The position numbers and the translations under genes are program-made. The notes beneath the pieces were generated by a model, which was not told the DNA's origin, ran no database searches, and saw only the letters and a list, made by a program, of their open reading frames with translations. Below, piece after piece: positions 26,528 through 40,999 of a stretch of DNA of 64,000 nucleotides. Every line of letters begins with the position of its first letter. Position 1 is the first letter of the stretch. Where the stretch lies: positions 702,601 to 766,600 of the forward strand of contig CT868096.1 in the NCBI GenBank assembly GCA_000165425.1, given 5' to 3'. The stretch is from Paramecium tetraurelia (Eukaryota).

Positions 26528-29500
26528 ATGGATAATAAGACATATTTTTTCTAAATAAAGGCCATTTTCTAGAAGAACTTGCTATGCTCTTTTAGAAACA
26601 AAGAATTTTTAGCAGAAACTCTAATTCCATTTTTTTGTGGATTGAGTTTAGCTGCTAAAGATATTGATGGAACTCAATTGATATCTTTTTTTTCTCCATT
26701 TTTTGTTGCTTTGGCCATATTTTCAAATCCAAGATCACTATTGATACATCTATGTGAAGAGAAGGAGCTAAAGTTTAAGGAAACTCAAAAAGTAATAAAC
26801 TTCAATAATAGTAGATTATGGGTTTGAAGCAAAACTCGTATTTGATAGGATGGATGCTGTACGCTTACTTTAAAACTTTTATGGTATGATAGACATTCAT
26901 ATATATTAGTCTTTTGCAATATTTATTCTTACTTGGACCTTGTTTGGATATATCATAAATGAGAGACATGATCGAAACATATTTGGATTTGATAATGACA
27001 CAGCATGGTATATCATAATTGGACTTTACTTCATGTATTCAACAGCTTTGATACATCATTCAATGTTTTTAACAACATTCTTTTCGTAATCAAAGACTGC
27101 AAATGAGATTACAACATTTTTATTAGTTGTATCATTAATCTTACCATTTTTTGGATTTGTTGATAAATTTTAAAGGTATTCAATCTCATGTATAATCTAT
27201 TAGTACCTTCTTTTTTGTTTTGATTTCCCTATTTCCATAAACATGCATTGCACTTACATATATATCAACTCAATATGGAGTGTTTCGATATTTGAATAAC
27301 CAACTTGAGATATATTTCTCTTATGGAACGATGGCAATATAATTAGGAGTATTGTCAGCTGTATATTTGTTGCTGTATTTTTATTTCGATGCCATAATCC
27401 CTAATGAATATGGTATTGCCAAACACCCATTGTTCTTTCTAAATTTTACCAAAGGTAAAAAAGAGAAACGAAAAGTTGATTTAGAGAATCCTTTGATATA
27501 ATAGGAATAAGAGAATGTAGCTTCTTAGACATATAATGATGATGGCTCAAGTGCCTTTTATCATGAGCCAAGAAATTACTTAAATGTTAAACCCTCAGTT
27601 AAGATAAGATCGATAGTGAAGAAGTTTGGGAACTTTACGGCTGTAGATTAAGTGAGTTTGAATTTGTATTAGAAAGAAATCTTATGCTTATTGGGACATA
27701 ATGGTGCTGGAAAAACAACAACAATTAATGTACTAACAGGATTACTTAGTTTAACAGCAGGGAAGGTTTACGTTTTTGATGAGGAATTGGAGAGCAATTT
27801 GGAAGAGATTAGAGAGAGGATTGGAATATGTAATCAAAGGGATGTTTTATATGATGAATTGACAGTCAAAGAGTAATTATAGTTCATGGGAAGAGTGAAA
27901 GGACTAGAAGGCAATGACTTAGAGTAAGAGATATAACAAATACTGTCTACCACATTATTGACTAATGAATAGGAGAAAATAACAAAGACTTTGAGTGGAG
28001 GAAATAAAAGAAAGTTGTCTTTGGCATAAGCAATCATAGGAGGATCAAATGTATTATTTTTAGATGAACCAACATCTGGAATGGATGCTTAGACAAGAAG
28101 AGGAATTTGGGAAATATTGGAGAAAGTCAAGGCTGAGAACAGAACTCTTGTACTTACAACTCATCATTTAGATGAAGCTGAAGAGTTGGCTGATAGAATT
28201 GCTATTATGGCTGCTGGCAAATTACTAGCTTGTGGCAGAAGTGAATACATAAAACAGAATTTTGGAGAAGGATATTCCATTTCAATCACTATACTCGATA
28301 AGTCAATTAATAAAGAAGAAGTTATTAAATTTACTTAAGAAAATTTAGTATAAGCAGTTTTGGATCCTCAATCATCATAACTTTCAATTCTATTTAAAAT
28401 TAAATTTAATTAGAAAAAATACTTACTTAATTATTTCTAGGCATTGGAGAAGGAATTTCAAAATAAGTTATCAGTTAATTTCAGGATTAATTCCCTTGAA
28501 GATGCTTTTATCAATATTGGAATGGATGAAGAGAAGTTCCTAGAGAGAGCCAAAAGGATGGTTGAAGGGAGAACCAGTGTCAATGAGGATAGAGATAGTG
28601 TGATTGGAACTGACCAGTTTGCTGAACTTAAGTCCAAAGTTCCAGTTCCAGATTGTTTGAATAGAGGTACTTAATTATTTGTAAAGTAGCACCTATTTAT
28701 TCTTTTAAAGAGTAAACATTGGCCATTTATCTTAGAAAATATTACACAACCATTAGAACCTTCAGCAATTATTTAGCTATCATCATTCCCTTAGCATTGA
28801 TTATTACTGGAATTGTCGTCATTGGAGAAATGGATCTAGGAGAAGAGAATAAAGACACTAAAGTCTTCAGAATGATCTTCTTCTCAATCTTTGCTATTAT
28901 TGCACTTTGTTTTAATTCATCTCTATTTATTATGCAGCCTGTTTTAGAAAGAGAAACCAACCTTAAATATGCTTTGGTAGCTATGGGTTGTAGACCAGTG
29001 CCTTATTGGTTTGGAACTTTTCTATTTGATTTCACTATTTATTTTGGAATGATGACGATTATCATTTTGATTTCACTCTCTTATGAATTCCTAAGTGAAA
29101 AAGTAGGTAAAATGATTTTTATATTCTTCTCATTTGGAGTATCCTTCATTATGTTTTCTTTCCTTATTGGGACACTGCTCTATGAAAAAGCATCAAAAGC
29201 AATGAAAACATTCCCATTTTTAAATTACTTTATTTTCTTTGCTCTTCCCTTGAATGTTTGGCTTATTGTAGCCTTGATTTTTATGAATGGAAATGATTCT
29301 CAGGAATTATCAAGTGGATAATCTATTGTTATTAAGCTTGTAGATTTGCTGTGTGCTCTCATCAGCCCATTTTACGCATTTTTCTAGGCCATTACCAAGT
29401 CTAATGACATTGAAGGAGGAGATATACCTTACATCTCAAATGTATTTTGGCCTTATTGTTTAATCATGATCTTTTAAAGCTTTGCATTCTTTTATTTGAA

Positions 29501-30627
29501 TATGCATATTGAATAAATGAAATACTTCAAAGGGATCTCCTCTAATAATCAAAGATGTAATAATTATATTCCTGCTCCAATCAAGGATCCAGAAGTACTC
29601 AATGAAATCCAACAAATTTCTAATGGAACCAAGAATACTCCCATTAAAGTCCTGCGCTTACAAAAGTCATACAACCCCTCAAATTTCTTGGCAGTTAAAG
29701 ATATAACATTTGGAGTAGGACAGAATGAAATTTTAGGTTTACTAGGTCCAAATGGTGCAGGCAAGTCTACTACTTTTAACATTTTAACTTCATTAATTAC
29801 TAAATCATCTGGAAATGTTAAAATTAAGGACGTTGAAATAGATAGAACTAAATCGGATGTATTTAGAGACACTGGTATCTGTCCTTAATTTGATTGTATT
29901 TGGGAAAACCTTACTCCAAGGGAACATCTCTATCTATTTGGAAGAATGAAAGGTTTAAATGGAAATGATCTTCATTAAAGTGTAGCCTACTTCTTAAGTA
30001 CCATGTAATTAGAAGAATATATTTATCGAAAATCTGGATTACTTTCAGGAGGAAATAAGAGGAAGCTCTGTGTCAGTAATGCACTTATTGGAGGACCAAG
30101 CATTTAATTCTTCGATGAACCAAGCACAGGAGTTGACCCAATTGCAAGAAGGTTTTTGTGGAAAACACTCAGACAAGGAGTCAAGTTAAGGTAAAGTTCA
30201 GTGGTTTTGACAACTCATACTATGGATGAAGCTGAAAGTCTTTGTGATAGAATAGCTATTATGATTAATGGTGAAATATTTTGTTTAGGCAATCCAAAAG
30301 AACTCAGAGATAGATATGGAGAAGGATATAACATTTCGATTAGAAATCCTACTAGCAGAGAATAGATCTTTAAGATCATCTAGGAATAATATTCAGAAGC
30401 CAAGGAGAGTTAGTAGACTCACGAGGAATATTAATCGATACATGTATATTTTAATTATTATCAATTAGATACCTACTCATTAATTTTAATTCTTCAATAT
30501 GTTTCAATTGTTAACAGAATTAGAGCAAAAAAATTGCATCAAAGATTTTACGATAAATTAGTCAACTTTGGAATCTGTATTTTTATAGTTTTCTTAACTC
30601 TAATAGTAACAATAATAAGTTTCATGA
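26528..30627 (+). CDS. ABCA-family full transporter (compact)
   Basis: NBD1 [48 protein letters not shown]2 [32 protein letters not shown] motifs EEKE..MGL and LERE..MGC. Confidence 0.95.
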
Positions 30628-30910
30628 TTATTAGTATATCCCATATTATAAATTTATAGTATATTGTAATTAATAAATCAATGTATTTTATAATTATCAA
30701 TGATGAGCATAAGAGTAGTGAAACTACATCAAAAATGAGTACATTCATCTAGGCTATCTGATTATATTTTTATGTTACAAATAAATAAATATTATTATAC
30801 TGCTTCTATTGGAAGAGCTTAATTTAGTGTTTGGATTATTTATTCAACTAAAATATGATGTAATACAAATGATATGTTTCGTATTAATTAATTTTTTATT
30901 TATAAAAAGT

Positions 30911-33015
30911 ATGAATTAAGAAGAAAAGCAAAATGAAAATAAAGAACCGGAAGTTAAGGATAACGTAGAAGAGTTTTGCATGAAGGCTTTATCTGCAGGT
31001 TAGAAATTATATAAATGCGTTAGAGGAATAGAAAAAGATTATGTTATAAATTAGTGAAGAAGAATCATTCAATCTAAAAAATATATAATAAAGAGAAGAT
31101 GATGCTGTTTTTATTGAAGACGAACCAGATAAGGCTTTGGCCAAGCTTTTGACAATTAATTAGTAAAATTTTTAGGAAAGGTATTATGAATAATTCTTCA
31201 ATTATGTTTATAGATAAGCCTATGCTAGACATTTGAGTGAATTGATAATATTGGTAGGGGATGACGCATAATAACAATTGACTTAGATTATAAATTAATT
31301 AATTAGTGACAGTGACGAAATAAAGAAAATCCTGATCCATCAACTAAATTTATTAATAGATCATTTAGATGTATCTATAATTAAACAACATTTATTACCA
31401 GCATCTATGTAATTAATAAAATATCATAATTTTGACATCTAATCTGATGTTCAAAAATAAATATCTAGAATAGCATAGAAACTAACCAACGAAGAAATAA
31501 ATGAGTTGATATTAAATGACTTAATTCTTATGGCACATGATGAATCGAATGAAGAGAATAAGATGGTGGCTCTTCAATTTTTTGGTTCTTATGCTCATAT
31601 TGCCAATTAATAATTCTTAGAATCATTCATTTCTATTGAATTTATCAATGCAGGTGAGGATATCAGTGTCAGAGTCAGAAAGGAATCTCTTTAACAATTA
31701 CCACATATTGCAAAGTCAGTAAGACCTGAATTTTTCGTGACCAAATTGCTTCCCTATTATCTTTAGTACATCTAAAATTAAATTATCTTAATAGAAAATC
31801 TGAAGATAAATCATCTTGGCATATTCGTAAAGCATGTGTAGAGATTATTGTGAAATTAGCTTAGGTAGCTCCAAAATAAGTTCGATAGAATGAATTATCT
31901 AATAAAATGGTTGACTTCTTAAAGTAATATTTTGATATTTAAATAGGGATTCAAATAAATGGGTTAAAGCATCTGCATTCTCTCTTCTTGGATTATTCAT
32001 TCACACATTACAAGATTGTAATTAAAAAAATGAATAGTTATTAAATGAATATTGTCGATCAATAAATAAAGATGTTTGTGAATATTTCTCATCTGATTAA
32101 GAAATCTATGATGCATGTGCAGCAACCTTCCATTATGTTGTTGAAATATATGGATAAGAAAAGTGGCCAAATCTATTAAAATTGTTATAAAATCTAGTAA
32201 AAAACAAAGGAGTTAGAAAAATGTTGGCAGAAAATCTCTATGTCATTGCTAAATCATGTGGTCCAAGATATGCTGAAAAAGATTTAGTCATCATTTTAGA
32301 TTCGTTTTTGAAGGATTTAAATGATGAAGTGAAATATGCAGCAGCACAACATTTATGGGAATTTATTAAGATTTTTGATGAAGAAAAAAGAGATAATTTA
32401 CTAGATGTTGTATTAATCATATAAGTAATTATAAATCCCTAATCCATTATAGAGAGATCAAAAGAAATGGAGAATTCGTCATCTTATTGCTAAGTAAATT
32501 AAGCATTTGGTTCCTTTGTACAGTGTAGATAACATATTCCAAATCATAGTACCAATTACATTGAAATTATGTAATGACATTGTTGCAGTTGTAAGAAAAT
32601 AAGCAGCCAAAGAAATGCATTCTATTTTGCAATCTTTGAATACAGAAGATGAAACCAGTCAAATTTATTATTAATGTTTAATTGAGAATATTAAAGCATA
32701 TGGAATCAGTCATCGTTTTAATCAGAGATAAGCGTATACAAATCATTATTTATTATTAGATTTGCTTATATGTGTTCAAAGTTGATTACACTTAAAGAAT
32801 TTGAATCTACTTTCTTGGAATAATTTCTATCTCTCAGTCTTGATCCAGTTAAAAATGTGAGAATCACAGTAGCTCTTATTGTTTAAAAACGATTTAAATA
32901 AGGTATAAAAGGATATATTATTGTAGGGCATCTCAAAGATAATCAGAAAATATTGTAAATGATTGAAAACCTGAAAAGCCATAAAGATAGAGAAGTGCTA
33001 AAAATTTTGGACTGA
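30911..33015 (+). CDS. HEAT-repeat protein phosphatase 4 regulatory subunit 1 / PP2A-A-like
   Basis: SWHIRKACVE, DSNKWVKASAF..LGLFI, EKWPNL..VRKMLAENLYVIAK..AEKDL..FLKD, KWRIRHLIAKQ, DPVKNVRI. Confidence 0.82.
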
Positions 33016-34234
33016 GTTAATTTACATTTAAATTATAGATTATTAAATATTCAAATTAATTAAGATGTAAATGTAATTTATAATTATGTTTATTAAAAAA
33101 TGCATGTACATTATTATTACTACCTAAAAATATTGGATAAATAATAATTTTGTGAATGATAGAACAAAAATAAGTTAGTGTTTAATATAATTAAACTATA
33201 TATATTGGGGGAACCTTGTTTTCTAAAATATATATAAGTATTTAATTAATTACATTTTCAAACAATTTTGCATACAACAACTAAGTGGAATTTATCAATT
33301 TTGGTGGACTTGAGAGAATATTTTATGAGTCGTGAATAAGGAAAATCAAAATATTAATATTTCCTTCAGTCTTTTTAATATAAATATAATTAGATTCTTA
33401 TTCCAATAAAAATTCTTAAATTTCAAATATAGACTCAAAATTAATCAATAAAAATTAACAAATTTAATTAGAACTTACTTTGAAATAAAAGTTCCCTCTC
33501 GCGAGATTATATTCAAAAATTAAAATTAAAAGATAAAATGTAATCTTTATACACAATTATAAACAAAAAGGCTGGGTTACGTAAGTAACAATTAGCAATT
33601 ACGATCAATAAACAATAATAAATAATCCAAAATTGTTTATTGTGTTTTCCTCATTATCAAAGGTTATTTCCAATAATCTGCTATATATTGAAATCGTTAT
33701 ATTGTATTTAGCTAAAATAGAAAATTTAATAATAAACTTGATAGAATCGCTTAAATTTATTAAAGAACTTTGTTGAATATTTAGATTGTATAGAGGGTTT
33801 GATAAATTGTCAATCTCACATTACTTATTAGTAGTAACTAACTTGTGTTATTTGTCTAAGAATGTAGATAAGCAACATCAAAAATCAGATTATGATTTTC
33901 TGATTAAAAGCTATTATAATAGCTGAGGCTAATGGATTAAATTCGGAGAAATATCAATTAAGAAGATATTTTTAGTTCCCAGAATTAGACTAGTAAGTTA
34001 TATATAAGGAAATGATATGATATTCTTTACTAATGTATTTTATCTTCTCTTTAATAATTGGACTTACTATCTATAAATTATATTATTAGAACTAAAGGTT
34101 TTATTCATCTGAGTTTAGTCAGATAAGTGAAATACTTTTAAAATATAATTATGACTTTAATATTTTTGTTTCTTAGACAAATGTTCGATATATATAATAT
34201 ATTTTAATAAATTATTTTTTAAATCTTGATAGCG

Positions 34235-37200
34235 ATGAACAAGATAAAGGAATTTTGTAGTGGGTACATTAAAACTATATTATTTGCAATTGAGTATAAA
34301 CATCGTTTTTAAGTATAATAATCATTATAACAAAGTTTCCTCAAGAGCTATTTATCATCCCTCATTTTCTGCATCATGTCCAATTATTAAGTTTATTTTT
34401 GGAAAGATCTTCAGATTAAGCATTTGATTATGTGGTTGTTTTGGCACATTTCTCTTTATTTGAACCAATGCTGACAGATGATTTAAGCAAACTTTTTTTA
34501 TTTCTAATTTTTGCCTTTTAAATAATTTTACTATTTTATCTACTAATTGCTACATTTGAAACTCAAAGAGTATCCTTAAACTTTAAATTAAGATTAATTT
34601 TAGAGAAAAAAATAGAATCTGTAAGTTCTGTTTTGCACTGGTACTTTACTTTTTATAACATCTTTACAATTCCAATAATTGTAATTAGTGTTAAGTTTAT
34701 GCTAACTAATTATTATATTTTTGCATACTTCAATGCAATATTACAATATTTTTAAGGAATAATCTTAATATATCTATTAAGGAATCATAGATTTGCTGAA
34801 AATAACTCTTTTAAAAGAAAATTTGCATATGTTCAATTTTTCAATTATACCATTGCTTATTTATTAATTTTTTTTAGATTCTATGAAGAAATTGTATTTG
34901 TTAAGTATGCTTTAGGATTTTCATATGCAATTTTGCAAATAGTTGATCAATTTTATAGTTGCCCTTACAGAGATCCGTTTCGAGAGCCATCCTTAAAAGT
35001 AGCTATGGTACTTTTAAGTAGTATATTCATATGCTTATTTTTTTCATTGAAGACTATAGTAGATGGGTAATTATTTTGGATTCTGTTTGTGGCTGCATTG
35101 ATGAGTGGTGTATCAGCTTCAATAAGTTCACTTTTCCACGAATTTGCTATGACAAACTACAATTCTCGTTTCAATTTATAAGAGAAATATATAATTATTG
35201 GTGTAGATTAATTTTATAGTCACTTTACTTATTTCTAAACAAGTGAATACAACAAATTGACTTACTTTTAATAATTGATTAAGCATAATGAGAATTGCAT
35301 GAGACCTAAGTGTCCTTCTTAAAAATCAAAATTATCAAAAGTTAATTTTAATGATAATATATAATTACAAAAATTAACAATTGATGTGGTGAGTTGCATT
35401 TTTAAGACTTGTCATAGTCGAACTGTTATTAAAAATGGAGAAATTCATAAACCTAAATTCGAATAGTTACAATTATAATATATCAGTTTTTTATCCTCAA
35501 TAGCATAAAGACCATTAATTGGCTATGTTGAATTACGGAAATATTAGCAAGACTAAAATAACGATAATTCCTTATATTTTCGAGAACTGACTTCTAAAAT
35601 TTCTGCAGAATTAGAATTTGCCATTTTGTATCTTTAGGAAAGGATGATCTTGTAGTAATTTAGAAAGGAAAAATATATGGCAAAAGAAGAAAAATTAACG
35701 ATTGCTTAACTTTGGAGGAGTATGAATTGTTATTAAGAAATAACTCCTCATATAATTGATGTCATTGATAAGAAACAAAGGTTTTGGGATAATCTATTAG
35801 AAGGCTATGATGATTTAGAACCATTTCACAACGAATAACTCTAACTCTGCAAATCTATAGATTAACTATATAAAAAAATTAAAAGTAAAAGTTTTGGTAT
35901 CTCTATTTAGCCTCAATCATAATTCCAGAGGTATTTTTTGACAGATCAAAGGATATAAGTTTATAAACAGTTCTTAAAACATTGGATCCGGAAGATAGGA
36001 ATATAAATATACTAAATTTGAAAATATATTCTATTTTATATGCAGTTATTTTGAATGATTTTGACAGAGTAACTTATCAATTTATGATAGGCATTTTAAG
36101 CAGAAAAATAAATTGAGGATCTTATAAAGGAAGATAGATAGAAATCGATTGAAATAATTGATGACTGTGCATTATTGAAAGATGATGCTGCTATTATCTT
36201 AGTAAGTCTAGTAAGAAAGAAGGGTCATATAGTGAATAAAAATTTGTTAACTTTGGCGAATTTCTTTGAGTTTTAGAATGTTCAAGACATAGCAGGGGTA
36301 AGAAAAATATTAAACATTTTTAGCAAACTTTAATCTCATCTTTCCTGCCTCCTGATCTAAGAATTTTGCACGATGCCTAGCTAAATGAATTTATTTCAAA
36401 AGGATTTACAAAGTATTCAGTTTAAAGCATTCACTCTTATTATTTATAAAAGTAGGGTTATCTTAGAGAATGCTATATCAAATTAGGAAATTTATTTTAA
36501 GATTCTTCAGATTTCATTTTGACAGGTTCAATTCTTAGATTGTAAACCTCTTATGATGTAATTATGTTCGATGGTTATGGGAAAATTATTGGCACTAGTT
36601 AAGAATTCTTTGATAAAAGGATCCTGCCCAATAATCCAAGTATGACTATGGAAAGATTTGTGGAATAAGGCAATATAATTATGCTGATGCCATTCATTTT
36701 AATCAATTTAAAGAAACTAGCGAATGAGACATAGACAGATTTTGTAGATTACAGTTATTTCCCAGAATAATTATTGGATATTTGTTTATAGTTTGGATTA
36801 TTATTTGATAATAAGCAAAAGTATGACCAAAGATTGTCATCCTATAATTTAACCACAATTAAATCCTAATAAGCATCACATATGACGGCAATATCTTCTA
36901 GGAGTTACGGTAATTCAGAAGAATAGGTTAAAATTAAAGGTTAAAACATCCCTATGTTGCAAGTTGAAAGAATGAATTTGATCCTAGATTTTTTATTGAA
37001 ATATCACAATGAGCAATCTATCCAATGTGATATTCTTAAAATTAAGTATAGCATAGAATTTTAAGTCATGGAAACAAAAAAAAATAAATATCCTTATTTT
37101 ATATTAAAATTGGAACCCTTAAATGAATTTGAAAGATCCGATTCGTGTTCCATAATACCTTATAAAAAATCAATCCGAAGAACACTAATTGCTCTAAAAT

Positions 37201-39623
37201 ATGGGGAATCGCAAACTGGAGTGGAATCAACGAACACTAAAAACTTCACAATTAGAAATTTTTAGTAAAATTAAGATTAATTAAATGAAACAGCTGATAT
37301 CAAAGGCCCTTCAGATCAACATCTTTTAGAATAGATTATGCAAATCAGCAACATATCTATTTCTAAGCCTTAAAAGCAACAAGATGATTTAAAAGTAGTC
37401 TTTGAAAACCCTTAGATTTCAAGAAATGAAGATGAAGACTTCCAATAATTAGACTAAGATGTTGAAGAAAGTAAAATAGATGTTTAAAAACCAGAATAGG
37501 AATTGTTTGAAGATCCCAAATATGATTCTGATTTAATAGAAAAAAAATCAGATAGTTCAAAAGGTTAGAAAACAAAAAAAAAAAGTGATATTTTGGAAAT
37601 TTTAAGAAAGAATATAAATAATTAAGAAGTTTAAGAACATGAACATTAATAGTCCTCAAAACCTAGTTCAACAAAGACCTCCTCATCAAAATCACCCTAT
37701 TTATTAATTAGAACTCTCTATCAAATTGGAGAGATTGATTCTTAGATTTGGGTTATAATTATGCTAAATATTTTTATTTGTTTAATTGCTTTGATTTTGG
37801 TTTTCATTAAGATATTCATTGTTTAAAGTAATTATATATTTTATTTTTAAGATTAATTTGGAATTCTTTAAGCTAATTTAAATTATGTTCAATATCCTGA
37901 GAAAATCAATAATTACTTTCTAAAATCATTAATGTTCTCATCTAACATTCTCCAATAAAAATTAGAATTAGTAACTTATAGTTAATTTGTTAATGATGCC
38001 CTTAAAAATGAATTTAGCAATTTGGCATTGAAGATTGAATATGAGTTAAAAAGTATTTATGAGGATATCATAACTTTTGAAAATTAAGTAGTTTCTATTA
38101 ATGATGATCTAAAAGTCATCAATAATTTAAAATAGTTCGAAATTACATTTGATTTAACAATACTGTTAGAATAAATTTCGTCAAATTCTATCAACTTGAA
38201 TTTATTAATTCAAAATGAAAAGGAATTAGAAGAAAATTTCTTGTCACTAAATTTATTTTTTAAATTAAATATGGTTTAAGTGATTACAGTAAGCAAAAGT
38301 TATATCAATTATCTTAATGACAATTTAATTTTTTATGAGTAATAAATTGTTAATATTCTCATTTATGTTATTGTTGCAGAACTTAGTATCATAACTGTTT
38401 TCATGTTCTTTATCATTAAGGTTTTATAAGATGTAAACTAATTAATTAGAAAAATCTTAATCCTAATTACAAAACTAAGTGAGGATGATGTAAATCAAAT
38501 TAACAGGATTTATTAGGAAATAAAAACTATACTTAAAGATCCAAAATAGGTCTAATGGAAATAAACAAATTTTGTTAAATGCATATTTGAAACCAATTTT
38601 GTAAAAGCTAAATAAGATTTAAACTATCTTTAATCCTCTAATGGATCCGAAGCTGCCAAAAACAATAAGTAGAAATTCAAAAAGAGATATCAAAACAGTT
38701 CATTAACCTCGAGAGTATATAATCTAAGATTACCTTAAATTTGGAATTATGCATTCATATTTTTATCTTGGTTATTTTTAGCTGGTTATCTGCTAGGTGC
38801 ATTAGGATTATCCCTTTCAATGGTCCATTAGATTAAACCTGCAATTACCTTAAACTTATAATTAATAGAATTTAAATTAAAATTCGATTCTCTAATAGTT
38901 TATGGGGAAATTTTGAAAACAGACTATCTGGTGAATTTGAAAATAAGTCAATTGTTTGAATTATCTTAGATTAATTTCAATTAGGATGGGGTTAAAGCTG
39001 AATTCTTTTCCTTGTAAGAAGGTTTTTAAGATTAATTATCTGTTATTTATGATCAGTTATAATCAAGTACATCCCTTTTAGACGAATAAAAAAATACTTT
39101 ATTAGTTCCATTTCGAAATTCACTTTGTGAAAGTGATCCTACTCTTGTGCCAGCTTGTACAAATCCGTTAGAAACCAATTCTTCAGATAATAGTTTAGAT
39201 TACCTTTCTGGAGGAATAGTTAACATGGTACATGAATTTTCAAAAACTTTGAAAACTTTCTGGCAATTAAATGATTATGCTATTACTGATGAAAATTAAT
39301 TAGAAAAGTTTCTATCTGGATAAGTACATACTACTGAATTTGTTCATCATTTTCTATTTTAAGGAAAGATTATGGAATAAATTGCAAATACTATGTTAAA
39401 TTTAAATAAAAGTACTTTAGACTCTGTTATCTTAAAATTTCAAATTTATATGTATATTTTGGGATTGACATTAATTATCGTTTATACTTTATGCTTTTAT
39501 AAGTGGATTTTAAAATTAGATAATGAGATGTATTTAACTAAATTAGCATTAACTTTAATTCCTGCAGATTTCTTGAATGAACAAAAGACAATGAGTGATT
39601 TAAAAAATATTTAAAATGAATGA
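34235..39623 (+). CDS. Large polytopic membrane protein with helical repeat region and PAS-like segment (TmcB/TmcC-like ciliate-expanded family)
   Basis: About 5.4 kb near-continuous frame. N-terminal multi-TM block, HNENCMRPKCP motif, PAS-like LIFLPPDLRILHDAQLNEFISKG, C-terminal TM helices ending LALTLIP; TGA 39621-39623. Confidence 0.7.
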
Positions 39624-39707
39624 TGATGATCAATATCTATATTCCACAATACAAAAAAAATGGTTCTTAAGTTTTTTTTAATAATTTATATAAATTTAAT
39701 TTTAGAA

Positions 39708-40990
39708 ATGGCATTCAAAATAGTTTTCAATAGAAAAATTCATAAGTTGCCTCTCCATGTCACTACAGTTTAGGCTATAAGATCTTCAATCGAAAAACTG
39801 TACCCTCAAATAAATTAGAACTATCACATAGTCTTTTTCTATGATTAAGAACCTCTTGAAGTAAGAATTTAAATTAAGTTAAAAGATTGTTCATGAAGAT
39901 GCATTAATAATACTTTTAAAAATTTTACAATCATCCTCCTATAAGTTGTTTGTATTTGAAAATAATATTGGATAATTAACGGAAGAAGGTACTTTTTTCA
40001 TTTAAATAATTAGATCTCAAATTTATGGAGTAGTCTAGCATATACAGTGCAAGCACAATTTAAATAGATTAAAATATAAAATAATAATAAGCCAGGCTTG
40101 GCAATTAATAATTCCAGTAATATATTGGATATTTGCCTAGTCAACATACACATAATGAAATTGACTAGTAATCTTTACAATTATAGATCCCTTAAATAAA
40201 GCAATAACAATTATAATAACAATAACAATAATAATAATAATAATAGTAATAATAATAGCTATAATAATAGTAATAATAATAATAGTAATAACAATAACAA
40301 TAGCAATATTAATAATTTTAAGGTCTATAATAGTAAGTTTAACAACCTTAAAATAATTATCTGTTATAAGGTTATTATCCATCCTAAAAATAACCGAGTT
40401 AATTTTAAGTTCCTTTGGGCCAATAATTTTAATATCCACAAATGGAATAAGAAGTACAACAAGAAGTTTACTAAGTCGAAGTTATTTAAAACTCATAAGT
40501 TTAAAGTTATCCTGATAAAGAATTTATCTGGAAATTAGTTTTAAAAAATTCAGGTTAAAAAACTTGGCCTTAGACTATGAAAATACGATGTATCGATAAT
40601 CCTTTCAAAACTTAATAATTACTCTTGCCTGAAGCTATTCCAGGATAGGTTGTTGATGTCTCAATTTAATTAAAGGCTCCTTAAAAAATAGATTCACTTT
40701 TTGTAAATTGGGGTATTTATTACCTAGAAAATACTTTGGAATTTGCAATCAAATAAACTATTTGTCTTTTCTTAGAAGTAATAAAAGAATGTATTAATAA
40801 TATATTATAATTAGAGCCCGAATTAAGATTCCACGGCACTTAGATTTTGGTTAAGGCTGAATAAGTAAAGTCAATAATGACAGATTAGAGCATAAACTAC
40901 ATTTGTAAATTTATAGAGAAACACAGAATACTTTAATATAGAGTAGAGGATATTATCAATAAGATCTATGATGAATAATCTTAATAATGA
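39708..40990 (+). CDS. NBR1-like protein: PB1-like N-terminus, polyQ region, FW/Ig-like (NBR1) domain, short helical C-terminus
   Basis: MAFKIVFNRKIHKLP (PB1-like basic strand); YPDKEFIWKLVLKNSGQKTWP..PGQVVDVSIQLKAP..NW (FW domain pattern); three short introns. Confidence 0.72.
40202..40306 (+). repeat. (TAA/TAG/CAA)n trinucleotide repeat encoding a polyglutamine tract
   Basis: 35 in-frame codons, 33 Gln, of which 26 are TAA/TAG. Confidence 0.85.
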
Positions 40991-40999
40991 TATTTTTTA

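Noticed and set aside
27834..29872. Minus-strand ORFs at 27834, 28769 and 29564 (and similar shadows at 17525, 18469, 32238, 42009, 53935, 61275)
   Set aside because: Antisense to well-supported genes; artefacts of standard-code translation.
40137..40439. Ile-rich 100-aa minus-strand ORF in the track
   Set aside because: Antisense shadow of the (TAA)n polyQ tract of the plus-strand gene.
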